Source of the DNA: Rhodospirillaceae bacterium
GTDB taxonomy: Bacteria; Pseudomonadota; Alphaproteobacteria; UBA6615
Length of the DNA: 64,000 nucleotides
Assembly (NCBI GenBank): GCA_002713365.1
Contig: PASR01000002.1
Span: 3,133-67,132, forward strand
Direction: 5' to 3'
This document shows, one piece after another, positions 35,649 to 44,848 of the stretch. The notes under the pieces were generated by a model, which made no database searches, was not told the DNA's origin, and saw only the letters and a program-made list of their open reading frames with translations. Position numbers and translations under genes: made by a program. The stretch's first letter is position 1; each line of letters starts with the position of its first letter.

Positions 35649-36038
35649 ATGCGCTTTCTTTATCCTGCCTTTATGTTTTTACTTATATTCAACATTTTTA
35701 GTTTATTAGGATTCGTTGAGGTTTTTGCAAAGGATCACCGTAGTATAAATATATCTATAATTAATAAAGAGGCTATAGGTGCAGAAGTTAAAGAGTCTGG
35801 CGGATTAGGAGTTATTAGGGTAACTCAGGGACAGAAAGTACAAATTACTTGGCATAGTGATCAATCAACTGTACTTCACCTTCATGGCTATAACATTAAG
35901 ACAAAACTTCCCAAAGATATGGATGTAATTATGGAAATCAATGCCAGAGCGGCTGGTCGTTTCTCTATAGAGGCGCATGGATTTGGAAATGATCATAAGC
36001 ATAAGACGCTTATATACCTTGAAGTTCTACCGCAGTAA
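35649..36038 (+). CDS. Small exported cupredoxin-like, His-rich protein (function unknown)
   Basis: 129 aa. A signal peptide ends in VFA-KD, followed by a beta-rich body with LHLHGY and EAHGFGNDHKHK. The fold call is tentative. Confidence 0.5.
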   Translation: MRFLYPAFMFLLIFNIFSLLGFVEVFAKDHRSINISIINKEAIGAEVKESGGLGVIRVTQGQKVQITWHSDQSTVLHLHGYNIKTKLPKDMDVIMEINARAAGRFSIEAHGFGNDHKHKTLIYLEVLPQ

Positions 36039-36075
36039 TTGTTTAAAGACATTAACTTTAATTATTAATCAATTT

Positions 36076-37677
36076 ATGACCAGATCAATATTATATTTTC
36101 TCGCATTAGCTAATTTTTTACTTTTTGTAATGATATCACCCGTTAATGCCCACGCTTTTGCGCAGCGTTACGACCTACCTGTGCCTCTATGGCTTTATCT
36201 TTTAGGTGCAGGCGCAACTGTAGCTATATCTTTTTTGGTGGTTATAATTTTTTTAGGTAGAGACAAGGAAGATGATACACCCAGACTGGAGCTATTAAGA
36301 ACACCGGTGGGTAGAATTTTAAGTCATCGTTATTTCCTTCTTTTAATAAAGATTTTTTCAGTTTTCTTTTTTTTAACGGTTATCATTTCTGGTTTATTTG
36401 GAACACAAACACTTCCTGAAAAAAACATTTTACCCACAACAGTATGGGTGATTTGGTGGGTAGGCCTTGCTTTTTTTAGTGCTTTATTAGGGGACCTCTG
36501 GAATTTAGTTAATCCCTGGAGAATAATTGCTGAATGGACTTCAAATATCACTTGCCGTTATAGGCCAGTAAGTTTTCAAAAGAAAAAAACTTTATCTAGG
36601 TTTTCTTCCGTATGGCCAGCAGTAATAGTATTTGCAGGCTTTTCCTGGGCGGAGCTGGTTTGGCCTGATCGCGCTATTCCATATAGTTTAGCAATTGCCA
36701 TAATTATATATAGTGTCATAACTTGGATAGGAATGTATTTCAAAGGTATAGAAGAATGGCTCTCTCAGGGAGAAGCATTCACTATACTCTATGGTCTTTT
36801 TGCTAAATTTTCTAGAATAGAATACAGAGTTATAAATAATAATTATTGTAGTTCTTGTTACCATATAGAATGTCAGCTTAATAAAAAAAATAATTGTACT
36901 GATTGTTCTTTGTGCTTTCGCAAAGCTGTTTCAACAGAACGACGTATTGATTTAAGACCTTACGGTATTGGACTTTTAACTAATCAAGTTCCATCAATAT
37001 CTATGATGTTGTTTATTTTGTTGGTTTTAGCAACGGTTAGCTTTGATGGCTTTGCCGACACCTCTGCATGGCGGAATATATTTGATGCCATGGTTTTAAC
37101 CACTTTTATTAGAGAACTTACTCATCTTTTAGATCTGAATAACTCCATAGGTTTAATAACCTCGCTAGGAATAATAGTAGCGCCTTTTATCTTCTTTATT
37201 GTTTATATGATATTTTGCTTTTTTGTTTCTTTACTTACAAAAAACTTCTCAGCAGATAATATGCATGGACTACCTAGAAATATATCAGCTATCCATGTTG
37301 CGCGTGTTTTTGTTTATACGTTAATTCCCATAGCTATTGCTTATCATTTAGCTCATTTTCTTACTTTTTTCTTAATATATGGGCAGCAAATCATTCCACT
37401 CCTATCAGATCCATTTGGTTATGGTTGGGATTTGTTTGGCACGGCTACGTATGAGGTTGATATAGCATTTGTCGGCGCTAAATTTGCTTGGATTTCTTCT
37501 GTGACAGCTATCGTGATCGGCCATGTGGTTGCTGTTTTTTTATCCCATTTAATGGCCATGAGGGTTTTTGATAACCGTAGTGCCGTATTGCGCAGCCAAT
37601 ATCCTATGTTAGTTTTGATGGTGGGATACACTATGATAAGTCTCTGGATTCTATCACAACCTATAGTTGAATTATAA
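36076..37677 (+). CDS. Polytopic membrane protein with conserved His motifs and a Cys-rich loop (function unknown)
   Basis: 533 aa counted from ATG 36076. The track ORF starts at 35977 inside the previous gene. A signal/anchor segment ends in VNAHAFAQRYDLPVPLWLY, followed by 10 or more hydrophobic helices. Motifs include NPWR, IAYHLAHF and IGHVVAVFLSH, plus a loop of form C-x2-C-x4-C-x7-C-x2-C-x2-C. Confidence 0.6.
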   Translation: MTRSILYFLALANFLLFVMISPVNAHAFAQRYDLPVPLWLYLLGAGATVAISFLVVIIFLGRDKEDDTPRLELLRTPVGRILSHRYFLLLIKIFSVFFFLTVIISGLFGTQTLPEKNILPTTVWVIWWVGLAFFSALLGDLWNLVNPWRIIAEWTSNITCRYRPVSFQKKKTLSRFSSVWPAVIVFAGFSWAELVWPDRAIPYSLAIAIIIYSVITWIGMYFKGIEEWLSQGEAFTILYGLFAKFSRIEYRVINNNYCSSCYHIECQLNKKNNCTDCSLCFRKAVSTERRIDLRPYGIGLLTNQVPSISMMLFILLVLATVSFDGFADTSAWRNIFDAMVLTTFIRELTHLLDLNNSIGLITSLGIIVAPFIFFIVYMIFCFFVSLLTKNFSADNMHGLPRNISAIHVARVFVYTLIPIAIAYHLAHFLTFFLIYGQQIIPLLSDPFGYGWDLFGTATYEVDIAFVGAKFAWISSVTAIVIGHVVAVFLSHLMAMRVFDNRSAVLRSQYPMLVLMVGYTMISLWILSQPIVEL

Positions 37678-37836
37678 TAAATTCATAGTCATAGACCATA
37701 TTATTTAGACTAATTAAATTATATGCTAATTAAAAAAAATAATATTTTATTAAATTACTTGTTCGAAAATTATTCTAAGTAAATATTCGTCTTATATTGG
37801 TTTCAATATGTTCTAAAATTTTGAGGATAATTAAAA

Positions 37837-39054
37837 ATGTCAGATCCTGCAGGAAAAAATGTTAGCGTTGGTGCTCCACAGATTTTTAAAGGAGCTTTTG
37901 ACTTTCAATTAGTACGAGTAATGGGAACGCAGACATATGGAGGTGCCGAAATTGGAGAATGTTTATCTACTGCGCGTAAAATTATAAATAATGATACTGA
38001 GAGTTGGTTTAGAGAATGGGATGCTATCGCAAGTCGTATCAATAACCTTGGAGATGGTTACCTAGCTAACGGGGATAAAGTAAGTGCTCGAGAAGCATTT
38101 CAGAGAGCTAACTGTTATTATAGATCGGCTGAATTTTTTCTTGAACGCAATGATCCTAGACATCGTGAGACATGGCAGAATGCAAGAAGCAGTTTTCAGA
38201 AAGCCGCTGTTTTATTTGATTTACCTATTGAGATAATTGAAGTGCCTTACAAAGGTATTACTTTGCCTGCATATTTTGTTCCTGGAAGTGATACAGGCGA
38301 TAAATGTCCTACTCTTTTACTTATGGGAGGGTTTGATAGCTCAGTCGAAGAGCTCTATTATTTTGGAGGAGCCGCAGGAGCTCGCAGAGGTTATAACGTT
38401 TTGCAGTTTGAAGGCCCTGGCCAGCGTACAACTGCTCATATGCATCCCGGGTCGATATATCAACCGGATTATGAAATACCTGTTTCTGCGGTGGTTGATT
38501 ATGCACTTACGCGTTCTGATGTTGATCCAGATAGACTTGCTTTTGCTGGTTTTAGCCTTGGTGGAAACTTAGGGGCAAGGGTTGGACTCTATGAAAAACG
38601 AATCAGTGCTTGCATTGTGAATTCCCTGTTAACCAATTTACGAGAGGCTTTTCTAGGTCTCCTTGGATTAGAACTTTCAGATGACTTTGTATCACAAGAT
38701 CATATTGATAAGGTCACTAATGAAACAACTGGCCCTGTATTGGCATGGATTTTACGTGAATCTGAGTGGCGTTTTGGTACAACAAATTTACCAGAATTTT
38801 TTGAGCTTTTAAGACTTTACGACCTTAGTTCAACTATTGAAAACATATCAGTACCATTCTTGTCCATAGCTTCTATAGGCGAAGGGCCACACATAGTTAA
38901 TTATACTCAACATATACAAAATATTGGTAAATCGAATATGACGGGAATAATTCTAGATGGTGAACTAGATGGTGCAGATGCTCACTGCCATTTAAATAAC
39001 CTTAGTCGCATGCATGCCGAGATGTATGGGTGGTTAGATAAGGTTCTAAACTAG
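37837..39054 (+). CDS. Alpha/beta hydrolase
   Basis: 405 aa. Nucleophile elbow GFSLGG, a helical N-terminal cap, and a later Asp/His (DGADAHCH), consistent with a Ser-Asp-His hydrolase. Confidence 0.7.
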   Translation: MSDPAGKNVSVGAPQIFKGAFDFQLVRVMGTQTYGGAEIGECLSTARKIINNDTESWFREWDAIASRINNLGDGYLANGDKVSAREAFQRANCYYRSAEFFLERNDPRHRETWQNARSSFQKAAVLFDLPIEIIEVPYKGITLPAYFVPGSDTGDKCPTLLLMGGFDSSVEELYYFGGAAGARRGYNVLQFEGPGQRTTAHMHPGSIYQPDYEIPVSAVVDYALTRSDVDPDRLAFAGFSLGGNLGARVGLYEKRISACIVNSLLTNLREAFLGLLGLELSDDFVSQDHIDKVTNETTGPVLAWILRESEWRFGTTNLPEFFELLRLYDLSSTIENISVPFLSIASIGEGPHIVNYTQHIQNIGKSNMTGIILDGELDGADAHCHLNNLSRMHAEMYGWLDKVLN

Positions 39055-39168
39055 CAAAGATGTAAGTTACAGTTTCCAACAAATTAGGTTTTGATACTGA
39101 AGAAATAATAATTTACCTTTAACTTCATATTTATAAAAAGTAAATTAAACGAACGTTTACTATATTTA

Positions 39169-40161
39169 ATGTCTGGAAATTTTATGAAAACGCGTATCAC
39201 TGAACTATTCGAAATAGAACATCCAATTATTCAGGGTGGAATGCATTATGTTGGCTTTGCCGAACTTGCAGCGGCTGTGTCAAATGCTGGAGGCTTAGGT
39301 ATTATTACCGCACTCACGCAGAAAACTGCAGAAGATCTAGGCAAAGAAATTGAAAAGTGTATCAGTTTAACAAATAAACCATTTGGTGTAAATTTAACAT
39401 TTCTTCCGAGTGTCGCCGCGCCTGACATGCCAGCATATGTTAAAGTGATAATAGATAGCGGTGTTAAGATTGTTGAGACAGCTGGGCGTAGCCCTGAACA
39501 GGTGTTGCCATATTTTAAAGATGCTGGAATTAAGGTAATACATAAGTGTACTTCTATACGTCATTCATTAAAAGCCCAGTCAATAGGATGTGATGCGGTA
39601 TCGGTTGATGGATTTGAGTGTGGTGGGCATCCAGGCGAAGACGATATTCCTAACATGATCCTACTTCCAAGAGCTGCTGATGAATTAGAAATTCCGTTTG
39701 TTGCCTCTGGAGGAATGGCCGATGCTAGGTCATTAGTTGCATCTCTGGCTATGGGTGCAGATGGTATGAATATGGGAACACGGTTTATGGCGACAAAGGA
39801 AGCTCCAATTCACGAAAGAGTTAAAGAGGCAATTGTTGCTGCGACCGAGTTGGATACCAGACTCATCATGCGTCCTTTGCGAAACACAGAAAGAGTTCTG
39901 AAAAATCCTACAGTTGACCTCGTTCTGGCCAAAGAGAAAGAGCTAGGCCAAGATATAAAAATCGATGACATTATAGATGAGGTTGCGGGCGTCTATCCCC
40001 GAGTAATGTTGGAAGGAAAAGTAGATTCTGGAGCCTGGTCATGCGGTATGGTTGCTGGTCTCATAAATGACATTCCGTCATTCAAAGAATTGATCAATCA
40101 AATTATGCTGGAAGCAGATTATTTAATTCGTAAGCGACTGGAGCAGATGCTATCAGCATAG
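39169..40161 (+). CDS. Nitronate monooxygenase (2-nitropropane dioxygenase) / FabK-like FMN enzyme
   Basis: 330 aa. PIIQGGMHYVG, GGLGIITA, DAVSVDGFECGGH and ASGGMADARS are typical NPD-family TIM-barrel motifs. An alternative start is ATG 39184. Confidence 0.85.
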   Translation: MSGNFMKTRITELFEIEHPIIQGGMHYVGFAELAAAVSNAGGLGIITALTQKTAEDLGKEIEKCISLTNKPFGVNLTFLPSVAAPDMPAYVKVIIDSGVKIVETAGRSPEQVLPYFKDAGIKVIHKCTSIRHSLKAQSIGCDAVSVDGFECGGHPGEDDIPNMILLPRAADELEIPFVASGGMADARSLVASLAMGADGMNMGTRFMATKEAPIHERVKEAIVAATELDTRLIMRPLRNTERVLKNPTVDLVLAKEKELGQDIKIDDIIDEVAGVYPRVMLEGKVDSGAWSCGMVAGLINDIPSFKELINQIMLEADYLIRKRLEQMLSA

Positions 40162-40215
40162 TTTGTTAATATCAGTATTAGAATAAATCTATTTGTCTAA
40201 AGATCGTATATAAAA

Positions 40216-41898
40216 ATGTTTAATTATATTATTATAGGCGGAGGCTCTGCCGGATGTGTCTTAGCTAATAGATTATCAGCTTTTTCAAAAAATTCCGTAC
40301 TTTTATTGGAGGCTGGAAGAGATACTGCCCCAGGTGTCGAACCAAGTGATGTTTTGGATACCTATCCGGTATCATATTATAATCCCGATTATGCTTGGTC
40401 AAATCTAACTGCTCATATGCGTGAATGTGGAAATTCTTTAGATCTACCTTTACGACAAGCAAGAATTTTAGGCGGTGGATCATCACTGATGGGTATGGTG
40501 GCGTTACGGGGAACGCCAGATGATTATAATGGTTGGGAAGAGCGGGGAGCAATAGGGTGGAGTTGGAGTGATGTTTTACCTTATTTTCGTAAACTAGAAA
40601 GAGATAATGACTTTGATGGTGATCTACATGGTCAGGAAGGACCTGTTCCTATTAGAAGGTTGGAACAATCACAATGGCCTCCGCTAATGAATGCTATTAG
40701 TGAATTTTGTAAAAATCATCAGATTTCTATCATTGATGACTTTAATGCTGATTTTAGAGATGGCTTTGGTGTTTTACCTACCAGTAAATTTATATCAAAA
40801 CGTGCTTCAAGTGCTATCTGCTATCTTGATGCATCAGTAAGACAAAGACCTAATTTAAAAATTATAACAGGAGCCAAGGTAAGCTCTTTATTTTTTGATG
40901 ATCTAGAAAATCAACAAAAAGTTACCGGGGTCATTGTTAATATTAATGGCAAGAATGAAAGAATTTACGGACAAGAAGTTATTTTATCAGCTGGTGCTTT
41001 GCAATCGCCGACAATGTTATTACGTTCTGGTATAGGTCCTATTGATGATCTGCGTAAATTAGATATTGACGTTATTGCTGATGTGCCCGGCGTGGGCTCT
41101 AATTTACAAAATCACCAGATTACGTACTTGGTTGTTCATACACGATCTAACGCAAACCACAAATATGGTAATAGACTCCATACGATGGCAACACTTCGCT
41201 ATTCCTCAGGCCTTAAAAATTGTCCGCTTAGCGATATGTATATATCTCTAGTGGGCATGACTGGATGGCACGAATTGGGACGAAGGCTTAGTTCATTAAC
41301 TCCAGCAGTAATTAAGCCTGCATCTAGGGGTAGAGTTACTTTACGGAATGCTGATAAGAATATCAGACCATTAATTGAATTTAATTTTCAATCTGATGAT
41401 CGTGACCGAATTCGTTTAAAAGAAGCGGTTCGACAAGCGGCAGAAATTTTATTATCTGAACAAGTAAGTGGGCTATGGCATCATGCATTTCCGGTCGTGC
41501 ATGCTCATCGTATGAGGCAGTTAAATGATGTGACTGCCTTTAATTCTTTAAGAGCTAAAATACTGGCCAAACTTCTTGATATTGTCCCTAAAGCGGGTCG
41601 ACCAATAGTAGGCTCTCTTTCAAAACCCAACCTAGATATAGCTACTCTTATTGCTGATGAAGAACGTTTAAATGAATTTGTTTCAGAAAGTGTTACAGGT
41701 ATGGCGCACCATGTTGGTACCTGTCGGATGGGAACATTTACTGATCCTATGGTGGTAGTTGATAGTTCTGCAAGAGTTCGTGGGATTAAAGGCTTAAGAG
41801 TTATCGATGCTTCTATAATGCCTGATATACCGAGGGCTAATACTAATATACCAACTATAATGTTAGCTGAAAAACTTGCATCAAATATTTTAAAATAA
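40216..41898 (+). CDS. GMC-family FAD oxidoreductase (choline/alcohol dehydrogenase-like)
   Basis: 560 aa. N-terminal YIIIGGGSAGCVLANRLS, the GMC signature GGGSSLMGMV, C-terminal active-site HHVGTCRMG, and GLRVIDASIMP. Confidence 0.9.
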   Translation: MFNYIIIGGGSAGCVLANRLSAFSKNSVLLLEAGRDTAPGVEPSDVLDTYPVSYYNPDYAWSNLTAHMRECGNSLDLPLRQARILGGGSSLMGMVALRGTPDDYNGWEERGAIGWSWSDVLPYFRKLERDNDFDGDLHGQEGPVPIRRLEQSQWPPLMNAISEFCKNHQISIIDDFNADFRDGFGVLPTSKFISKRASSAICYLDASVRQRPNLKIITGAKVSSLFFDDLENQQKVTGVIVNINGKNERIYGQEVILSAGALQSPTMLLRSGIGPIDDLRKLDIDVIADVPGVGSNLQNHQITYLVVHTRSNANHKYGNRLHTMATLRYSSGLKNCPLSDMYISLVGMTGWHELGRRLSSLTPAVIKPASRGRVTLRNADKNIRPLIEFNFQSDDRDRIRLKEAVRQAAEILLSEQVSGLWHHAFPVVHAHRMRQLNDVTAFNSLRAKILAKLLDIVPKAGRPIVGSLSKPNLDIATLIADEERLNEFVSESVTGMAHHVGTCRMGTFTDPMVVVDSSARVRGIKGLRVIDASIMPDIPRANTNIPTIMLAEKLASNILK

Positions 41899-41933
41899 AA
41901 GTAATTTTTATAACTAAAAATGGAACATTAGAT

Positions 41934-42308
41934 ATGCAGATTTTTAATGCGTTTGAAACCGGAAAATACTCTGATGAAAATCCTTCAAAAAATACATCAG
42001 AAATAGCAGAAGATGGGTATGTTAGAACCAAAATAATAAATGATGAGAGTTGTTCCGTGTCGGTTGCATCATTTAGAGATGGTCAGGTTAGAGAAAAACC
42101 ACACTATCATCCAAATGCTGCAGAAATTTATTACGTTCTAGAAGGAAAAGGAGTGGCTACAGACTCTCATGGAAATAAAAAGAATGTTGGACCAGGAGAT
42201 ATAATATATTTTAGTGCTGGCGAGTCTCATAATATGCATTCAGCACCAGGTTGCGATTGTAAGTATTATAGGGTGCAAGCGGGACAAGATAGGCACATGG
42301 AAGATTAA
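41934..42308 (+). CDS. Cupin-domain protein
   Basis: 124 aa. HYHPNAAEIYYVLEGKG...GDIIYFSAGESHNM matches the two cupin motifs. Confidence 0.65.
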   Translation: MQIFNAFETGKYSDENPSKNTSEIAEDGYVRTKIINDESCSVSVASFRDGQVREKPHYHPNAAEIYYVLEGKGVATDSHGNKKNVGPGDIIYFSAGESHNMHSAPGCDCKYYRVQAGQDRHMED

Positions 42309-42500
42309 GGATTGTTATCTAAACTACCATACCTGTGAATAGAATTTAAACAGCTATATAATAAGTTATTCATCTTCTAATAATCATAATCTAGTCAGTC
42401 TAATTGGAATGATACTATAAATTGAGATGTAATTAAATAATCCTGGATAGTAAGAGTTTACAGCTATAGCCCATATATTTTTATTTAAATCAGGTGTTAC

Positions 42501-44162
42501 ATGGAAAAACCTGATAAAGAATTTACAATACAAGAAGCTTTGGATATGGCTGTAGATCATCATAGAGCCGGACGTTTGTCTGAAGCCAATAATATTTATA
42601 GGTTAATTTTAGATAAATTACCTAATCAACCGGTAGCGTTGAACTTAAATGGAGTAATTCTTCATCAATCGGGCAATTCAATTTCAGCTATTAATCAGAT
42701 TAAAAAAGCAATTGAGTCTAATCCCAATTATGTTGACGCGCACCTTAATTTGGGGACAGTCCTAATGGACCTGAACAGATTTGAGGAAGCAAGTGAATGT
42801 TTTTCTCTAGCTACAAACATAGATCCAAATCACTCTATTGCTTTCAACAACCTAGGTAACGCTAAATTTAAAATGTATCAATATGAAGACGCTGTTGTTG
42901 ATTATGAGAAAGCTATTGCTTTGGATCCACTATGCATAGAAGCCTACACAAATATGGGTGTACTATTCAAAGAGGAAGGTGAACTCGAAACTGCTCTTAA
43001 ATATATACAAAAAGCTATAAATATTAACCCCGAAAATATAAATTCTCTTAATAATTATGGTGCCATTTTATCTGACCTTAGACAATATGAAGAAGCAGAA
43101 GATAGTTATAAAAAGGCCTTGTCGATTGATCCTAATAATATTGGTGTGATTGGTAATTACGCCATACTTTTGAATATTATTGGAAAAAAAGAATTATCTC
43201 TTTCGTTTTTTTCGAAACGGTTAGACCTTGCTAGAGGTAAATATGTAGATAACCTGGACTTACCGCAATTCAAATATATCAGTAAATCCAAGATTAAGCA
43301 TGATATAGAACAGTTTCAATTTTTAAAGTCTACCTATAAAGGAGATGTGAGGTTTGAAAACCTTGTAGACATTTACTCTAAACTGGATAAAGAAATTACC
43401 TGGCCTGCTAACGATGCAGAATGGGTTCTTCTTTCAAAATCACAAAGAGAACGTATAGCTGATAGTTATAACCGTTCGGTGCATATTGCTTATGCACCTG
43501 AAATATCAGGCGGAGCTTTAAACAAAAATTTAGATGCAGTTGCAATTACCAAAAATTATTTTGAAAATAAACCTGGCATAGCTTTTTTTGACAACTTTTT
43601 GAATGCTTTAGCTCTTAAGAAACTAAGACAATACTTTATGGAGAGCACTATATGGTATGATTTTAGTTATTCGGGCGGTTACCTAGGAGCAATGTATACA
43701 GATGGTGTGGCGTGTCCGTTGCTTCTGCAGATTGCTGAAGAGTTAAGGAAAGTATTCCCAAAAATAATAAAAGATCATCCACTAGTACAAATGTGGGCTT
43801 ATAAATATGATAGTCAGCTTAAAGGTATTAATAATCACGCTGATATTGCTGCGGTGAATGTGAATTTTTGGATTACTCCCGATGTTGCAAATACGAACCC
43901 TAAGTCAGGTGGTATAATCATTCACAAGGCGGAAGCTCCATTAGACTGGAATTTTAACAGCTTTAATAGAGATGAAGAGCAGATCAAGAAATTCCTTAAC
44001 CAGAACCAGAGTGGAAATATAAAAGTTCCATATGCTGAAAATAGAATGGTGCTATTTAATTCTAATCTTATTCATAAAACAGATAATATAGCATTCAAGA
44101 CTGGTTATGAGAATCGGCGTATAAATATTACTATGCTTTTTGGAAATCGAGTAAATAATTAG
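42501..44162 (+). CDS. TPR-repeat protein fused to a putative 2OG-Fe(II) oxygenase-like C-terminal domain
   Basis: The N-terminal ~230 aa hold six to seven 34-residue TPR-like repeats (A..Y...L..DP.N..A..NLG). The C-terminal half carries H-x-D (NNHADI), a distal His (NLIHKT) and an Arg (RRINIT), arranged as in the jelly-roll facial triad. Confidence 0.6.
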   Translation: MEKPDKEFTIQEALDMAVDHHRAGRLSEANNIYRLILDKLPNQPVALNLNGVILHQSGNSISAINQIKKAIESNPNYVDAHLNLGTVLMDLNRFEEASECFSLATNIDPNHSIAFNNLGNAKFKMYQYEDAVVDYEKAIALDPLCIEAYTNMGVLFKEEGELETALKYIQKAININPENINSLNNYGAILSDLRQYEEAEDSYKKALSIDPNNIGVIGNYAILLNIIGKKELSLSFFSKRLDLARGKYVDNLDLPQFKYISKSKIKHDIEQFQFLKSTYKGDVRFENLVDIYSKLDKEITWPANDAEWVLLSKSQRERIADSYNRSVHIAYAPEISGGALNKNLDAVAITKNYFENKPGIAFFDNFLNALALKKLRQYFMESTIWYDFSYSGGYLGAMYTDGVACPLLLQIAEELRKVFPKIIKDHPLVQMWAYKYDSQLKGINNHADIAAVNVNFWITPDVANTNPKSGGIIIHKAEAPLDWNFNSFNRDEEQIKKFLNQNQSGNIKVPYAENRMVLFNSNLIHKTDNIAFKTGYENRRINITMLFGNRVNN

Positions 44163-44211
44163 TCAAAAATGAAGGTTATTGCGATACGCTTAAAAACATA
44201 TATTTTGTATT

Positions 44212-44727
44212 TTAGGTTTTAAATGGAATATATTTACCTTTGTAGAATAGTAAGGGCTTATTATCTTGGTTTATCAGTAAATCAACCACTCTTCCAATCA
44301 CGATAGAAGTATTGTTCCTCTCAATTACTTCTTCTAATTCACAATCCATAACAACAACGGAGTTGTTGTATATAGGTGCTCCGGTAGTCATTTTTGTCCA
44401 TAATTTAGGATCAAATCGATCCGAGCCTTTTAACTTTCCTTTTCCCGAAAAAGAGTTAGCTAAGTTTTCTGTTCCTACCGGTAAGATATTTATTGCGAAA
44501 TGATTCGATTCTTTAACTGTTTCTAGTGCTGTCGTTTTTTTATCAATTGATACAAGCATAGTTGGTGGATCGGCTGTAACATGCGTAGTTGATAGAGCTA
44601 AGAGGCCAGCTGGTCCATTAGAACCAACTGCAGTTACTACAGTTGTTCCAGATGGTCTATGCCCTATGGCCATCCAAAAGCTTCCAATATCAATAAGGTT
44701 TCTAGTTTTTCTTATGCTTGAACTCAT
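44212..44727 (-). CDS. Flavin reductase (split-barrel, HpaC/NtaB-like)
   Basis: 171 aa. GTTVVTA...GLLALSTTHVTADPPTMLVSI...NHFAINIL is typical of flavin reductase domain proteins. It is divergent from a two-component-type monooxygenase gene. Confidence 0.8.
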   Translation of the reverse strand: MSSSIRKTRNLIDIGSFWMAIGHRPSGTTVVTAVGSNGPAGLLALSTTHVTADPPTMLVSIDKKTTALETVKESNHFAINILPVGTENLANSFSGKGKLKGSDRFDPKLWTKMTTGAPIYNNSVVVMDCELEEVIERNNTSIVIGRVVDLLINQDNKPLLFYKGKYIPFKT

Positions 44728-44848
44728 AAAGCTTATAATAGCACTATAACTTTGAAAAAGTATATTAATGCTAGATATGACAGTCGAAGGACAATCAAGT
44801 ACAATTGAATAAGGTGCAATAGATTTACTTTTAAAGGCTTTGATATGA

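Noticed and set aside
35977-36075. The 33-codon upstream extension of the membrane-protein ORF (track start 35977), which overlaps the preceding gene by 62 nt.
   Set aside because: The extension has no SD and a non-protein-like sequence. ATG 36076 yields a normal signal/anchor peptide (MTRSILYFLALANFLLFVMISPVNA).
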